Notes: generated from the sequence alone by a model not told the origin. Counted from the stretch's first letter, positions 9,132 to 18,998 are shown. The stretch is DNA of 64,000 bases from Candidatus Latescibacterota bacterium (GCA_965248265.1 CBDFJF010000001.1:1280001-1344000); one strand, 5' to 3'. Translations and numbers: made by a program.

Positions 9132-10271
9132 GGGCCAGTTGCGATAGACCCGTCCGCCCTTCACCACAGTTGCTGGTTCGAGCTTCTGCTTGCCCGTGCG
9201 GGATTCGAAGCGGGAGTCCTCGAGGTTGAATTCTCCGTCTCGCAACTCGAAGACGACCGCGTCCCCGCAGCTACCCTCAGCCAGTGTTCCCAGTCTGTCC
9301 TCATGCAACACATCCCGTGCAGGCACCGAGGTCACCTTCGCCAGAGCGTCGTCCAGCGTCAGCCCCAGATGTAGGAACTTGGTAATCACGTTGGCCAGAT
9401 CGTAGACGGGGCCGTTGACGTTGTAGACATGCAGATCAGAGGAAATCGTCTGCGGCAACACACCCTGCTCGAGCGCCGCTTCTACGACGGACCACGAGAA
9501 CGAGCCGGCGCCGTGACCGACGTCCATGATCACCCCCCGCTCGATCGCGGCATGTACCGAGTCCCGCACTCGGCCGGTCTCGTCGAGGATTCCCGTCGCC
9601 ATGTCATGAAAACAGTGCGTCAGTACGTCACCTCCCTTGAAGACGCCCAGCACGTCGTCCAGGGACTCGCACCAGGCGGCTTGCGGGTGCACCATGATCG
9701 GCAACCCGGCTGCATCCGCCGCCTCCCGCGCCCGGTGCAATGGAATCATGCCGGCGTCCGCGGAAACGATTGTATCCTTGGTCAGCCTCACCTTGACCCC
9801 GAGGATCAGATCCCGGTTGGCCTCGATCATCTTGCAGGCGACATCGACGTTGGCGTATTCGGGCAGGGCGAACTCCCCGACCTCCTGGCTGACCATCCCC
9901 TGCGAGGAGATGTTCAGGTACGCGCGAATGCGCGTCTGCGAAACTTCGATGACGTACTTGCGGAATCCGGGGAACGTGTCGGCCCCAGCGGATCCGGCAT
10001 CGACGACCGTCGTCGCTCCCCGCGCCAGACAGGTCGAATCGGGTTCAATGCCATAATGGGACACGCCTGGATAGACGTGCACGTGGATGTCGATGAAACC
10101 CGGTGAGACATATCTATCGCTGGCGTCGATGACCTCGCGCGCCTCGACCGCCGGTAAATCATCGTCAACGGCGGCGACGGCACCCTGTGCGAAGGCTACG
10201 TCCCTTAACGCGTGAATGCCCTGAGCCGGGTCGATCAGAGTTCCATTCTTGATTAACAAATCGTATTTCAT
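9120..10271 (-). CDS. Amidohydrolase/deacetylase family metallohydrolase (dihydroorotase-like, EF_0837/Atu3266 type)
   Basis: IDIHVH, VDAGSAG, GVK, THCFH, DVGHG and SSDLH motifs. Confidence 0.88.
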   Translation of the reverse strand: MKYDLLIKNGTLIDPAQGIHALRDVAFAQGAVAAVDDDLPAVEAREVIDASDRYVSPGFIDIHVHVYPGVSHYGIEPDSTCLARGATTVVDAGSAGADTFPGFRKYVIEVSQTRIRAYLNISSQGMVSQEVGEFALPEYANVDVACKMIEANRDLILGVKVRLTKDTIVSADAGMIPLHRAREAADAAGLPIMVHPQAAWCESLDDVLGVFKGGDVLTHCFHDMATGILDETGRVRDSVHAAIERGVIMDVGHGAGSFSWSVVEAALEQGVLPQTISSDLHVYNVNGPVYDLANVITKFLHLGLTLDDALAKVTSVPARDVLHEDRLGTLAEGSCGDAVVFELRDGEFNLEDSRFESRTGKQKLEPATVVKGGRVYRNWPSGG

Positions 10272-10286
10272 CTTGTGCCCTCTGTA

Positions 10287-11033
10287 TCAACGCAGAAAAT
10301 CGTGGACCACTTCGCCGTAGTTTTCAGTGTAGTCCATCTCGGTGTAATAGGCTCCTAGATATTCAACAGGAGCAAAATCGGACAGATCGTAAGTCGGCAC
10401 CGCCTCGAACTGCACGGTTCCATTCCCTGCCCGGCACACGTGCACGGTTACATCGGATGTCGCCTTGCCGGCGTCGACGAGTTGCATCACCTCCGGTCCC
10501 GACCCGTCGACTTTGGGGATCACCTTCAGACGCCACGAGGGTGTCAACTGCGGAAGATCCTCGATGCTGGCCTCCTTGTGCATCGTCGAACGGATGCATA
10601 TGGCGTTGCCGCCTCCCACCTGGGTATTCGTCACCATGACGCGCTCCTCCATATGCACGTCCATGTCGGCGTAAACCTTCGGCGTACCGTAAATCTCGCG
10701 CCCGGCCGGGATACTGCCACGTGAATTGAGAAATACCACAGGGGCAAAATAACCGAGCTGGCCTTCGTAACGGCACTGGACCACCAGGATGCTCTCATCA
10801 AAGGCGCCGTAATTACCCGACCACCCGACGGTGAGGCCGATGGCGACGCACAGACCGCCATCCGCCGGTGCGAAGCAGGCGGGCAGCACACGGTCGATCG
10901 CTGCCGGCTCAGCGCGAAAACAAACAAACTGAAAACAGGCATTCCGGTACCGTGCGGGCGGCATAGGATAGTACGGCGAAAACGCCGGCATGTTGGCGAT
11001 CTGATCCAGAGGTATCGTCATCTCGATTGTCAT
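10287..11033 (-). CDS. Acetoacetate decarboxylase family protein
   Basis: GREIYGTPK (Schiff-base Lys), LKVIPKVDG and N-terminal SPYYPMPP motifs. ATG at 11033. Confidence 0.85.
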   Translation of the reverse strand: MTIEMTIPLDQIANMPAFSPYYPMPPARYRNACFQFVCFRAEPAAIDRVLPACFAPADGGLCVAIGLTVGWSGNYGAFDESILVVQCRYEGQLGYFAPVVFLNSRGSIPAGREIYGTPKVYADMDVHMEERVMVTNTQVGGGNAICIRSTMHKEASIEDLPQLTPSWRLKVIPKVDGSGPEVMQLVDAGKATSDVTVHVCRAGNGTVQFEAVPTYDLSDFAPVEYLGAYYTEMDYTENYGEVVHDFLR

Positions 11034-11196
11034 CCTCCACTCTTGGGGCAGAATTGCCACCACACACATCGGTAACATCGACACATGCGAACAGAGCCGC
11101 CATCGGGAGTCTGGATCTTGCCTTTACGCGCAGCCGCGATTGGGTTAACATCCAGCCTTCATTTGGACGAGCAGGCACGAATTCAGGAGGAAAAGG

Positions 11197-11634
11197 ATGC
11201 TCAATATCGGCGACCAGGCGCCCGGGTTCGCGGTTCAGGACCACACCGGTGCCATCATCAACCTGAACGACTACGCGGACAAGAGGGTCGTTCTCTGGTT
11301 TTACCCCCGCGCCAGTACCGGTGGGTGAACGGCTCAAGGGATTGGATTCCGTGACCGAATCCAGGAATATGAGGACAAGAACGTACAAATACTCGGCGTC
11401 AGCACCGACGATGTTGAAGCCAACGCCAGGTTCGCTCAAGAGAACGAGTTCCCCTATCCGCTCCTGTGCGATACCGATCGCACAATCTGCGTCGCCTATG
11501 GCGCCTGCGACAGCAATGACGCCAAATCCGCCAATCGTATCACCTACGTGATCGATCCGGGCGGAGCGATCGTGCAGGCCCATGCCGAGGTGGATGCTCG
11601 GAAGCAACCGAAGGAGCTGATAGAAACACTCTGA
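11197..11634 (+). CDS. bcp: Peroxiredoxin of the BCP/PrxQ family, putative selenoprotein (Sec44), 145 aa
   Basis: AGGAGG RBS, then MLNIGDQAPGF...VVLWFYPRASTGG[TGA 11326-11328]TAQGIGFRD...ILGVSTD...FPYPLLCD...RITYVID...LIETL*. The TGA sits at the peroxidatic Cys position and is followed by a hairpin. Confidence 0.9.
11343..11363 (+). promoter_or_regulatory. Putative bacterial SECIS element
   Basis: TGGATTC-CGTGACC-GAATCCA forms a 7-bp stem with a G-containing loop, starting 14 nt after the in-frame UGA. Confidence 0.7.
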
Positions 11635-11659
11635 GGAGCTGGCGTGGGATTCGAAATGA

Positions 11660-11684
11660 GCAGATGTCCACACACGGCATCTGC
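11660..11684. terminator. Hairpin between the convergent bcp and SDR genes
   Basis: GCAGATGTC-CACACAC-GGCATCTGC forms a 9-bp stem with one G-U pair. No clear U-tract. Confidence 0.3.
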
Positions 11685-11752
11685 CCATGTGCATTCGGGC
11701 ACGGTATTACCTGCGAATTGACCAGAATTCGAGCGTAGGTAGCCTTTCCCTC

Positions 11753-12505
11753 TCAGACCAGCAGCGCGCCTCCATTGACATGGAGGGTCGCCCCGGTGAT
11801 ATAGCTTGAATGGTCGGAGACCAGAAACAGAATCGTGTCCGCCAACTCTGAAGCCGCCGCCTGGCGCTTGAGCAGCGAAGCCTCACGCAATTGGCGCGCG
11901 CCGTCTTCCCCGAACGTGGCCGTCATCGGCGTGTCGATCGATCCCGGCGCCACCGCGTTCACGAGAATGCCGTCGGCAGCGTATTTCTTGGCCACTGATT
12001 TCATCAGCGGGATCAAGCCGCCCTTGCTGACGCCGTAGGCGACACTGGCGATGATACTGCCGGTGAATGCGGCTAGCGACGAAATATAGACGATGCGGCC
12101 GGACTTGCGCTTCTGCATGTGGGGTGCCACCGCCTTCGTGCACAGGAACGGACCGGAGAGGTTGACCTGCAGGATCTTGTTCCAGTCATCCAGCGTCGTC
12201 TCCTCCCAACTCACCAAGGGACAGATGCCGGCGTTGTTTATGAGAATGTCGATGCGGTCGAACTGCTCGGCTGTCTGCGTGGCCATGGCCTCCACCTGGT
12301 GTTGATCCGAGACGTCGACGGCGATCGGAATGGCCTCACAGTCGTATCGGGAATTCAAATCCTCGGCCACCTTCCCGGCCGCCTCGATGTTGACGTCGGC
12401 AATGGTCAGTCCGGCGATTCCCGCCTTGGCGAAGCGCTCCGCGAATGCTGCTCCCATGCCAGAGCCTGACCCGGTGATGATGGCAACCTGATCATTCAGC
12501 TTCAT
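11753..12505 (-). CDS. SDR family oxidoreductase (FabG-like)
   Basis: TGSGSGMG, NNAG, YGVSK (YxxxK), VNAVAPG and HVNGG motifs. Confidence 0.93.
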   Translation of the reverse strand: MKLNDQVAIITGSGSGMGAAFAERFAKAGIAGLTIADVNIEAAGKVAEDLNSRYDCEAIPIAVDVSDQHQVEAMATQTAEQFDRIDILINNAGICPLVSWEETTLDDWNKILQVNLSGPFLCTKAVAPHMQKRKSGRIVYISSLAAFTGSIIASVAYGVSKGGLIPLMKSVAKKYAADGILVNAVAPGSIDTPMTATFGEDGARQLREASLLKRQAAASELADTILFLVSDHSSYITGATLHVNGGALLV

Positions 12506-12527
12506 CCGTCCTTCTCCTGTTTTCTTT

Positions 12528-13229
12528 TCACGTGATCAGCTCGTCCGGCAGGTGTTCGGTGCGGGCCATGTAATGCATCTGCAGGTTACCCTCGGTGAAT
12601 TTCAGGTGGGTGATGGCAGTGTTGTGATGCGACAAGCCCACGTGCTGACTGGGCAGCAGGTGGAGTAGCGCCTTCAACAGTGAATCGATGAATCCGCCAT
12701 GAGCCACCAGAGCGATACGGCTCTCCTCCGCGGCGCGTTCCCACAGCGCCTCGGCCACCCCGATCGCCCTGCCATGCGCGGAGGCCGTCTGTTCCTGCCC
12801 GCGGCTGGGATCCCACCAGCCGTCGTCGCTAATCGTCGCGGGTACCACATACCCGTTGAAGCGCTCCTCGATGTCGCTGCGGTTCATCCCGGGGTAACCG
12901 ACGATTCCGCGCTCGTCCCCATGGTCGAGGAAGATTCCACCCCACTCGTGGATGTCCACCCATACCTCCGGGGCCATGTTCAGCGCTCGCCCGATAGGCT
13001 GAGCGGTCTGCAGCGTCCTCAGCATCGGACTGCAATAGATATGGTCGAGCAGCGGTGTCCCGTTGGACCGCTCTGCGGCCAGCAGATGACGGCCTTCGGC
13101 CAGGTAGTCGGCCACCCGATCGGCTTGCTTCTCACCTGGGTCTGTCAACGGTGGATCCTCGACGCGCTCCTTGGGATCCTCCAGTGCATTATTAAACGAT
13201 TGCCCGTGACGAATTATGAACAGATCCAT
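12528..13229 (-). CDS. Histidine phosphatase (phosphoglycerate mutase) family protein
   Basis: RHGQS, SPMLRTLQTA and VAHGG motifs. ATG at 13229 with GGAG RBS. Confidence 0.92.
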   Translation of the reverse strand: MDLFIIRHGQSFNNALEDPKERVEDPPLTDPGEKQADRVADYLAEGRHLLAAERSNGTPLLDHIYCSPMLRTLQTAQPIGRALNMAPEVWVDIHEWGGIFLDHGDERGIVGYPGMNRSDIEERFNGYVVPATISDDGWWDPSRGQEQTASAHGRAIGVAEALWERAAEESRIALVAHGGFIDSLLKALLHLLPSQHVGLSHHNTAITHLKFTEGNLQMHYMARTEHLPDELIT

Positions 13230-13420
13230 TCTCTCTCCTTTGAGGGCCTTTGATTGCTTCGATAGACGTAAGCGGTAGCCCACCGTGCGGTCAAGGCGTC
13301 ATAGTCTGTGGGTGGGAAGTCCTTGACGACTGCTCCGTCACTACCGTCTGTACCTGCGGTAGTGCCCTGTCACGGAAGTATCATCGACCTCACCGATCGA
13401 TCGTACACGGAGACTACGGT

Positions 13421-14272
13421 TTGAGCCATGTAACAGATGCAGATGTCGATTCGTATCACGAGAACGGATTCCTCGTCGTCCGAGGATTGGCAACCCCGGA
13501 AGAGGTTGCCGTGCTGCGGGAGGATGCTACCCGGGTCTGCCGGGGCGAGTACTCGCACTCCAGGTTGCCACCCAGCGATCCCGGGGAGTCCGATGAGCAG
13601 GTGCTGGCAAGATTTCTGTGCATCCATCAGCCGCACAAGATCAGTCCGGTCCTGCTGGAGACCGGGGTCAAGCACGCTGGCATGGCCGCGGTTTTGGCTC
13701 GCCTTATTGGACCGGACGTCAAGTGTATGCAATCCATGCTGTTCATCAAGCCGCCGGGGTTCCAGGGACAGGGGTGGCATCAGGATGAGATCTATATCCC
13801 GACGCGGGACCGCAGCCTCACCGGCGGCTGGATTGCCCTGGATGACGCCACCGAAGAAAACGGCTGTTTGCGGGTGCTTCCCGGCTCGCACAAAGGAGTA
13901 TTGTACGAACAGCGAGACCATAACAATCCGGATGAGTTTGACGGCAACGTCGAGTCATATGGCTTCGATCCGTCAGATGAGATTGCTGTCGAGGCCAAAA
14001 CCGGCGACATCGTCTTCTTCCATGGGTACTTGCTGCATCGCTCCTTCAAGAACCGGAGCTCGGCCTACCGCCGTGTCCTGGTCAACCACTACATGAATGC
14101 CTGGTCCCTTCTTCCCTGGCGCGTGCCGGAAGGACAGACCGCAGCCAGAGCCGACTTCAGAGACATCGTCATGGTAGCGGGTTCCGATCCGTATGGATGG
14201 AAGGGAATGGAAAACACCAGCGACATCAGCGTCCGGCAGTGCAAGGCATCGCAAGAGCTGCAGGCCGGCTGA
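13421..14272 (+). CDS. Phytanoyl-CoA dioxygenase (PhyH) family Fe(II)/2OG oxygenase
   Basis: WHQDE, WIALDDATEENGCL, PGSH and LLHRS motifs. Likely TTG start at 13421 after GGAG. Confidence 0.9.
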   Translation: MSHVTDADVDSYHENGFLVVRGLATPEEVAVLREDATRVCRGEYSHSRLPPSDPGESDEQVLARFLCIHQPHKISPVLLETGVKHAGMAAVLARLIGPDVKCMQSMLFIKPPGFQGQGWHQDEIYIPTRDRSLTGGWIALDDATEENGCLRVLPGSHKGVLYEQRDHNNPDEFDGNVESYGFDPSDEIAVEAKTGDIVFFHGYLLHRSFKNRSSAYRRVLVNHYMNAWSLLPWRVPEGQTAARADFRDIVMVAGSDPYGWKGMENTSDISVRQCKASQELQAG

Positions 14273-14288
14273 AGAGGCACACCTGGCG

Positions 14289-14855
14289 ATGGCCGATTCC
14301 TCCCTATTCCGACTCAGCGTAGATGACGACGTCGAACTTCGTATAATGTCGGAATCCGACAGCGAGGATTTTCATCGCTTGAACTCCACCGACAACGCCA
14401 CCATGAAGCAGTGGCTTCCGGCCAGAGATACCGAACGCACCCTCGAGGAGACCCGCGAGTTTATCGCACAACTCAAGGCTGGATTCATCGATGACAAGGG
14501 AATCGCCGTGGGTATCTGGTATCAGGAACGCCTGGCGGGATTCCTGGATGCCCAGCGCATCAAATGGACTCACAAGAAAACAGAACTGGGATTCTGGCTG
14601 GGCACCTCGTTCGAAGGCAAGGGCATCATGACTCGCTCCTGCAGCGCCCTCATCGATCACAATTTCCGCGAATTCGGTCTCAATCGGGTCGAGATGGAAT
14701 GCGCCTCCGGCAATTCCGGGAGTCGTATGGTGGCCAAGCGTCTGGGATTCAGACAGGAGGGCAAGATGCGCCAGGCCGCCTGGCTCAACGACCGCTTCGT
14801 CGATTACGTGATCTATGGCCTGCTGGCTGACGAGTGGCGTGCAGCCAGCTCATGA
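14289..14855 (+). CDS. GNAT N-acetyltransferase, RimJ/RimL family
   Basis: ELGFWL, GKGIMT and N..S..VAKRLGFRQEG motifs. Confidence 0.9.
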   Translation: MADSSLFRLSVDDDVELRIMSESDSEDFHRLNSTDNATMKQWLPARDTERTLEETREFIAQLKAGFIDDKGIAVGIWYQERLAGFLDAQRIKWTHKKTELGFWLGTSFEGKGIMTRSCSALIDHNFREFGLNRVEMECASGNSGSRMVAKRLGFRQEGKMRQAAWLNDRFVDYVIYGLLADEWRAASS

Positions 14856-15160
14856 GCGCCACCCCTGAAACAACAACCGGGGGCACGGTTCTCCTCGAAC
14901 CCCAGTGGAGCCGCTTGTTGTGTCTCGACGCCCTCAGCCAGGTCGATATGCCGGCCGAAGAGGCGGCGGTGGTGGCGGACAGCCTTCTGGATGCCAGCCT
15001 GCGAGGTGTGGACAGCCACGGCCTGGCATTGTTGCCTTTATATATAGAGAGAATTCGCTCTGGACAGATCGTTCCGGGCCGGAGTTCACTGGTTCGACGC
15101 AACGACGAGACCACTGCCCTCCTTAGGGCCTGCGGTCGCGGCTGGTCGATTGTGGGGTGA
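14852..15160 (+). pseudogene. Truncated Ldh_2 (malate/L-lactate/ureidoglycolate dehydrogenase) family gene
   Basis: AAVVADSLLDASLRGVDSHGL matches the Ldh_2 N-terminus. The frame diverges after TTALL and stops at about 100 aa, while family members are usually about 350 aa. Confidence 0.75.
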
Positions 15161-15201
15161 CCCCCCCCTGACTTTGCCAGATCAGCATTCATGAGGAGTT
15201 C

Positions 15202-16485
15202 ATGATGCGGCTTTCAACCTTCCGAACCGTTGTCACACCCCCATTTGGCCATTCACTCTGTGGCGGGTGGATCCTGCCGGCACAGTACGTCACGACTGCC
15301 CTCTACGCCCAGGGAATCGTGCTCCAGGATGATGCCCAGGCTCCCGTCGTTCTGTGCGCCGTTGACTGGTGTGAACTACGAGCCGCCGACCATGTACTGT
15401 GGAGACAGACCATCGCCGCGGCCGTCGGCACTGACCCGGAGCGTGTCGCCGTTCAATGCGTGCATCAACACAATGCGCCGATCGTCGACCAACTCGCCCA
15501 AAGCCTGACAACACCTCACGGAATGCCGGACTTCGCGGATGAAGCCTGGACCGCGTCCTGCGCCGGCCAGGTCGCCCTCTTCGCTCAGGATTCGATGCGC
15601 AAGACTCGGGAAGTCACCGACATCGGCGTCGGCCAGGCGCCCGTGGACCGGGTGGCCTCAAACCGGCGCGTCCACAAGGTCGATGGAAAACTGGTTGAAA
15701 TGCGTTTCAGTAGCTGTACGGACCCGGAGTTGCGCGGGATGGAAGAAGGCCAGATTGACCCGATGCTGAAAGCGATCAGTTTCTGGTCCGAAAACGAGAA
15801 ATTGGTCTGCCTCCACTACTACGCCACGCACCCGATGAGCTACTACTATGACGGACTCGTCAACCACGATTTCGTCGGCATGGCCCGCGAGCGCCGCACC
15901 GCCGAGGACGACGCCCTCCACATCTATTTCACCGGTTGCGCCGGCGACATCAGTGCCGGCAAGTACAACGATGGCTCGGTGGAAGCCCGCCCCATGCTTG
16001 CCGAGCGCATCTACCAGGGCATGCTCGCGGCGGAAGCGGCGGCGAAGCGATCACCCCAGGCCGGATTTTCGTGGCAAACCGAGAACGTGGCGCTGCCGCC
16101 GGGACCACAGTTCGAGGAGGAATCGCTGCTGGCGACGATCGCCGACTCCGGCTTGGGCGACGATTTTCGCAAACACGCCGCCATGGCCCTCGTCCACCTG
16201 CGCTGGGTGCGGGTGGGAAAGACGACGCCACTGACCAGCCTGCGTCTGGGCGACGACATCAGGATCATTCACCTGCCCGGCGAGCCGTTCATCGATTACC
16301 AGCTCTACGTGCAGGAAAGTTATCCTCAGAAATTCATTGCCGTAGCCGGCTATGGGGACGGCATCCCGGGGTACATTCCGTTGGCAGAATCCTTCGCCGA
16401 AGGGGGCTACGAAATCCGCACGTCCTATGTCGGGCCCGATGTCGAGCAGGAGCTGAAACAGCTGCTGATGACGCTGGCCGTCTGA
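15202..16485 (+). CDS. Neutral/alkaline ceramidase-like metallohydrolase, function unknown
   Basis: HQHNAP, NRR, YATHP, FTGCAGDI, LPGEPF and GYIP...GGYE motifs. Confidence 0.7.
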   Translation: MMRLSTFRTVVTPPFGHSLCGGWILPAQYVTTALYAQGIVLQDDAQAPVVLCAVDWCELRAADHVLWRQTIAAAVGTDPERVAVQCVHQHNAPIVDQLAQSLTTPHGMPDFADEAWTASCAGQVALFAQDSMRKTREVTDIGVGQAPVDRVASNRRVHKVDGKLVEMRFSSCTDPELRGMEEGQIDPMLKAISFWSENEKLVCLHYYATHPMSYYYDGLVNHDFVGMARERRTAEDDALHIYFTGCAGDISAGKYNDGSVEARPMLAERIYQGMLAAEAAAKRSPQAGFSWQTENVALPPGPQFEEESLLATIADSGLGDDFRKHAAMALVHLRWVRVGKTTPLTSLRLGDDIRIIHLPGEPFIDYQLYVQESYPQKFIAVAGYGDGIPGYIPLAESFAEGGYEIRTSYVGPDVEQELKQLLMTLAV

Positions 16486-16500
16486 CTGAGGGTCCTCGAC

Positions 16501-17334
16501 TCATCTGGCGAACCACCGGACCCCGTAGCGGGACCATGTTTGTTCCCACTTGAGTGTTGATACGTTCAGCGTCTGCCGTCGCACTCGCCCGTCCGTGCGC
16601 ACCAGGAGCCATCCCGGCTCGATGATATCGTCGCGGAACTTCAAGGGGATGTCCGGCCGCACCAGAAAAGTCGGTGTGGTCAGTGCCCCGAAGAAGCCTC
16701 CGTCGACGTGAGCGAACTGGGTTCCACACGATGTAAAGACTTCATGATCGACCCGATCTTCTCCCGGAGAGGCCAGGTGGCTCCACAGATTGCGAATGCC
16801 GACTTTCAGCTCGCAGCCGTCGTTGGCGGCGCTGCGCACCTCTTCCCAGCTTCCCTTTGAGGGAGTGCCGTGTTCGTCGTGACAGCATACCTCTTCCCAT
16901 TCGTTCCGAACCCACCAGTGGTATTGCTTCGAGAGCCACTCCTGGTCCAGGGCCCGCTCGAAGGGGGTGTTGTCTACACGGATCCAGCTGGCCGTGGCCC
17001 CATCCGCGGGTTGTCCGTCAAGGGGGACCATGGCCGAGGAGGAAGGCGCGGCCACGTTGAAGATCCAGTATGCGATCGTAGGCCGCGCCCAGAAATCGAG
17101 GCCACAATCCACCGGGTGACGGAGAGTCGACAGCCCACCGACATGGTCGTCATCGATGACCCATGTCGTCTGCAGCGACATCGTCTCCTCCACCAACCCC
17201 GTCGATTCCGGATCGTAAGTCGAAAACCGGCGCAGGTCGGCACCACGGCGGACAGCTTCTGCAACGGCCCCGACACTACCCTCGGCCGGGCGAAAGTCCT
17301 CCCTGACGCTGCATATCCTGGTCCAGTTCGACAT
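16501..17334 (-). CDS. Hypothetical protein with a two-fold internal repeat; paralog of 6765-7661
   Basis: Shares GADLR, KVGI, HEVF, GWL..RTDG and a terminal RWFAR with 6765-7661. Confidence 0.8.
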   Translation of the reverse strand: MSNWTRICSVREDFRPAEGSVGAVAEAVRRGADLRRFSTYDPESTGLVEETMSLQTTWVIDDDHVGGLSTLRHPVDCGLDFWARPTIAYWIFNVAAPSSSAMVPLDGQPADGATASWIRVDNTPFERALDQEWLSKQYHWWVRNEWEEVCCHDEHGTPSKGSWEEVRSAANDGCELKVGIRNLWSHLASPGEDRVDHEVFTSCGTQFAHVDGGFFGALTTPTFLVRPDIPLKFRDDIIEPGWLLVRTDGRVRRQTLNVSTLKWEQTWSRYGVRWFAR

Positions 17335-17420
17335 GTCTTCCCTTTTCACGATGGGCGTTAGTCGATACACTCACCATCACCTGCGCACAAATTGGGCCCT
17401 GACCATCCGGAGCGCCACCG

Positions 17421-18998
17421 ATGACGCGCTGCCAGCACGGAAACTTGATCCTGAACGAGCCCTGCAGCGTCGGCTTCATGATTCTCAAGCCGCCCTTCGA
17501 GCCCGAGCAGATCTATCCGATCGTCGACCGCCTGGTGGGCACGCAGGTCGACGTATTCAGTTTCTCACTCAGTCGCGGCGGAGACAACTATGGCCATCGC
17601 AGCAAGGTGGCACCCTGGCTACGCGCAGCAGATGATGTCTGGGAAGGAGCCGACTCGTTCTGGAAGTTCGGCCTGATGTACCGCAACCAGATCGCGGTGC
17701 AGGAGGCGGGGTGGGATCCGCTGAGCGTCGTCGTGGAGCGGGCCCATGAGAACGGTCTGCGGCTGTGGGGCGCGTTCCGCATGAACGAAATACACGAGGA
17801 CTGGCCGGAGGCGGCCGTCTACCGTAGCGACTTCAAGAAAGAGCATCCCGAGCTTCTGTTGGGTTCGCCCTACCCGGAACCCCATGTCCGCGGCAACCTC
17901 GATTCTGATTTTTGCTGGGGTTGGAATTACGCCATGCCCGAAGTGCGCGAGCGCCGCCTTGCCGTGATCGAGGAGGTCGCCAACGACTACGATGTCGACG
18001 GCATCGAGCTCGATTTCATGCGCCACACGTTCTACTTCAAGACCGAGGAGCGCGAGCTCGGCATGCCTCTGATGAATGACTTCATGCAGCAGGTGCGGCA
18101 GGTGATGGATCGGGCGTCGGAGCGCAAGGGCCGCCCACTGACGCTGGCCGTGCGTGTCGACCGTAATTTCGCCGAAAACAGGGCCCTCGGACTGGATGTG
18201 CTCACCTGGATCGAGGAAGAGCTTGCGGATCTGTTGATACCCATGGACTGTGGCCGCATGGACATGCAGGCGGATGTCAAAGGTTTCGTGGAGGCCGCTC
18301 GGAACACGAGGTGTGAAATCGCCGGTGGCATCGAAAACAGGACCTACGGCCCCTATGGTTACCTCGCAGACGACGACACCGATTTCTGGCGTTTCGGAAC
18401 ACTGCCCATGCTGCGCGCCGCTGCGCTGGGTTACTACCGGCAGGGCGCCGGCAGTATCTACCTGTACAATTACTTGTACATCCGGGATCATACACAGGTC
18501 GAACCCGATCCTGACGCCTACGCTCGCGATGCATGGCAGGCGCTTTCCGAGATAGGAGCACCCGAGGAGATAGAGCACAAGAGCAAGTGCTATACCGTTA
18601 CAGTCGACCCGATCCCCTTGTACACCGGCGCGCTCGCCAGCGACCGCATGCAATTGCCACGGGTGCTCGAGCACCCAGGCGATTCGCTGACATTCACTCT
18701 CTTCGTCGGTGACGAGCTCGAAACCGCAAGACAGGATGGCATCCTCGATTCCGTGCGCTTGCGCATCACGGCCCAGGACTTCCGGTATCCGGGCGATGCG
18801 CTGACCGTGCGCCTCAACGGCGAGGTAATCGAGTCGATTCGTTATCCATGGCGGCCGCTGGCCCTGATCTACGACGATGTTCCGGCCAGGCTTGGTGAAA
18901 ACTCGGTGACTATCGTGCTCGAGAAACGCCGTCCTGGGCGGCCGGAGCCGATCCAGCTTCAGGGACTGGAATTGCTGATTCTCTACGAAGAGCACTGA
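17421..18998 (+). CDS. GH10-like (GHL/DUF187) TIM-barrel protein with C-terminal beta-sandwich
   Basis: FRMNEIH, NYAMPEVR, YDVDGIELDFMR and GLDVLTWI motifs. Confidence 0.75.
   Translation: MTRCQHGNLILNEPCSVGFMILKPPFEPEQIYPIVDRLVGTQVDVFSFSLSRGGDNYGHRSKVAPWLRAADDVWEGADSFWKFGLMYRNQIAVQEAGWDPLSVVVERAHENGLRLWGAFRMNEIHEDWPEAAVYRSDFKKEHPELLLGSPYPEPHVRGNLDSDFCWGWNYAMPEVRERRLAVIEEVANDYDVDGIELDFMRHTFYFKTEERELGMPLMNDFMQQVRQVMDRASERKGRPLTLAVRVDRNFAENRALGLDVLTWIEEELADLLIPMDCGRMDMQADVKGFVEAARNTRCEIAGGIENRTYGPYGYLADDDTDFWRFGTLPMLRAAALGYYRQGAGSIYLYNYLYIRDHTQVEPDPDAYARDAWQALSEIGAPEEIEHKSKCYTVTVDPIPLYTGALASDRMQLPRVLEHPGDSLTFTLFVGDELETARQDGILDSVRLRITAQDFRYPGDALTVRLNGEVIESIRYPWRPLALIYDDVPARLGENSVTIVLEKRRPGRPEPIQLQGLELLILYEEH

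Noticed and set aside
10909-11694. 261-aa minus-strand ORF
   Set aside because: It is antisense to the bcp selenoprotein gene, which has an RBS and family motifs.
13339-13364. 8-bp hairpin CACTACCG/CGGTAGTG as a riboswitch or ncRNA
   Set aside because: It matches no riboswitch consensus I recognise, and it overlaps the dispersed repeat copy.
17619-18995. 458-aa minus ORF, and likewise 23573-24823, 33544-35004, 38655-39791 and 58741-59889
   Set aside because: All are antisense to well-supported genes and lack motifs.
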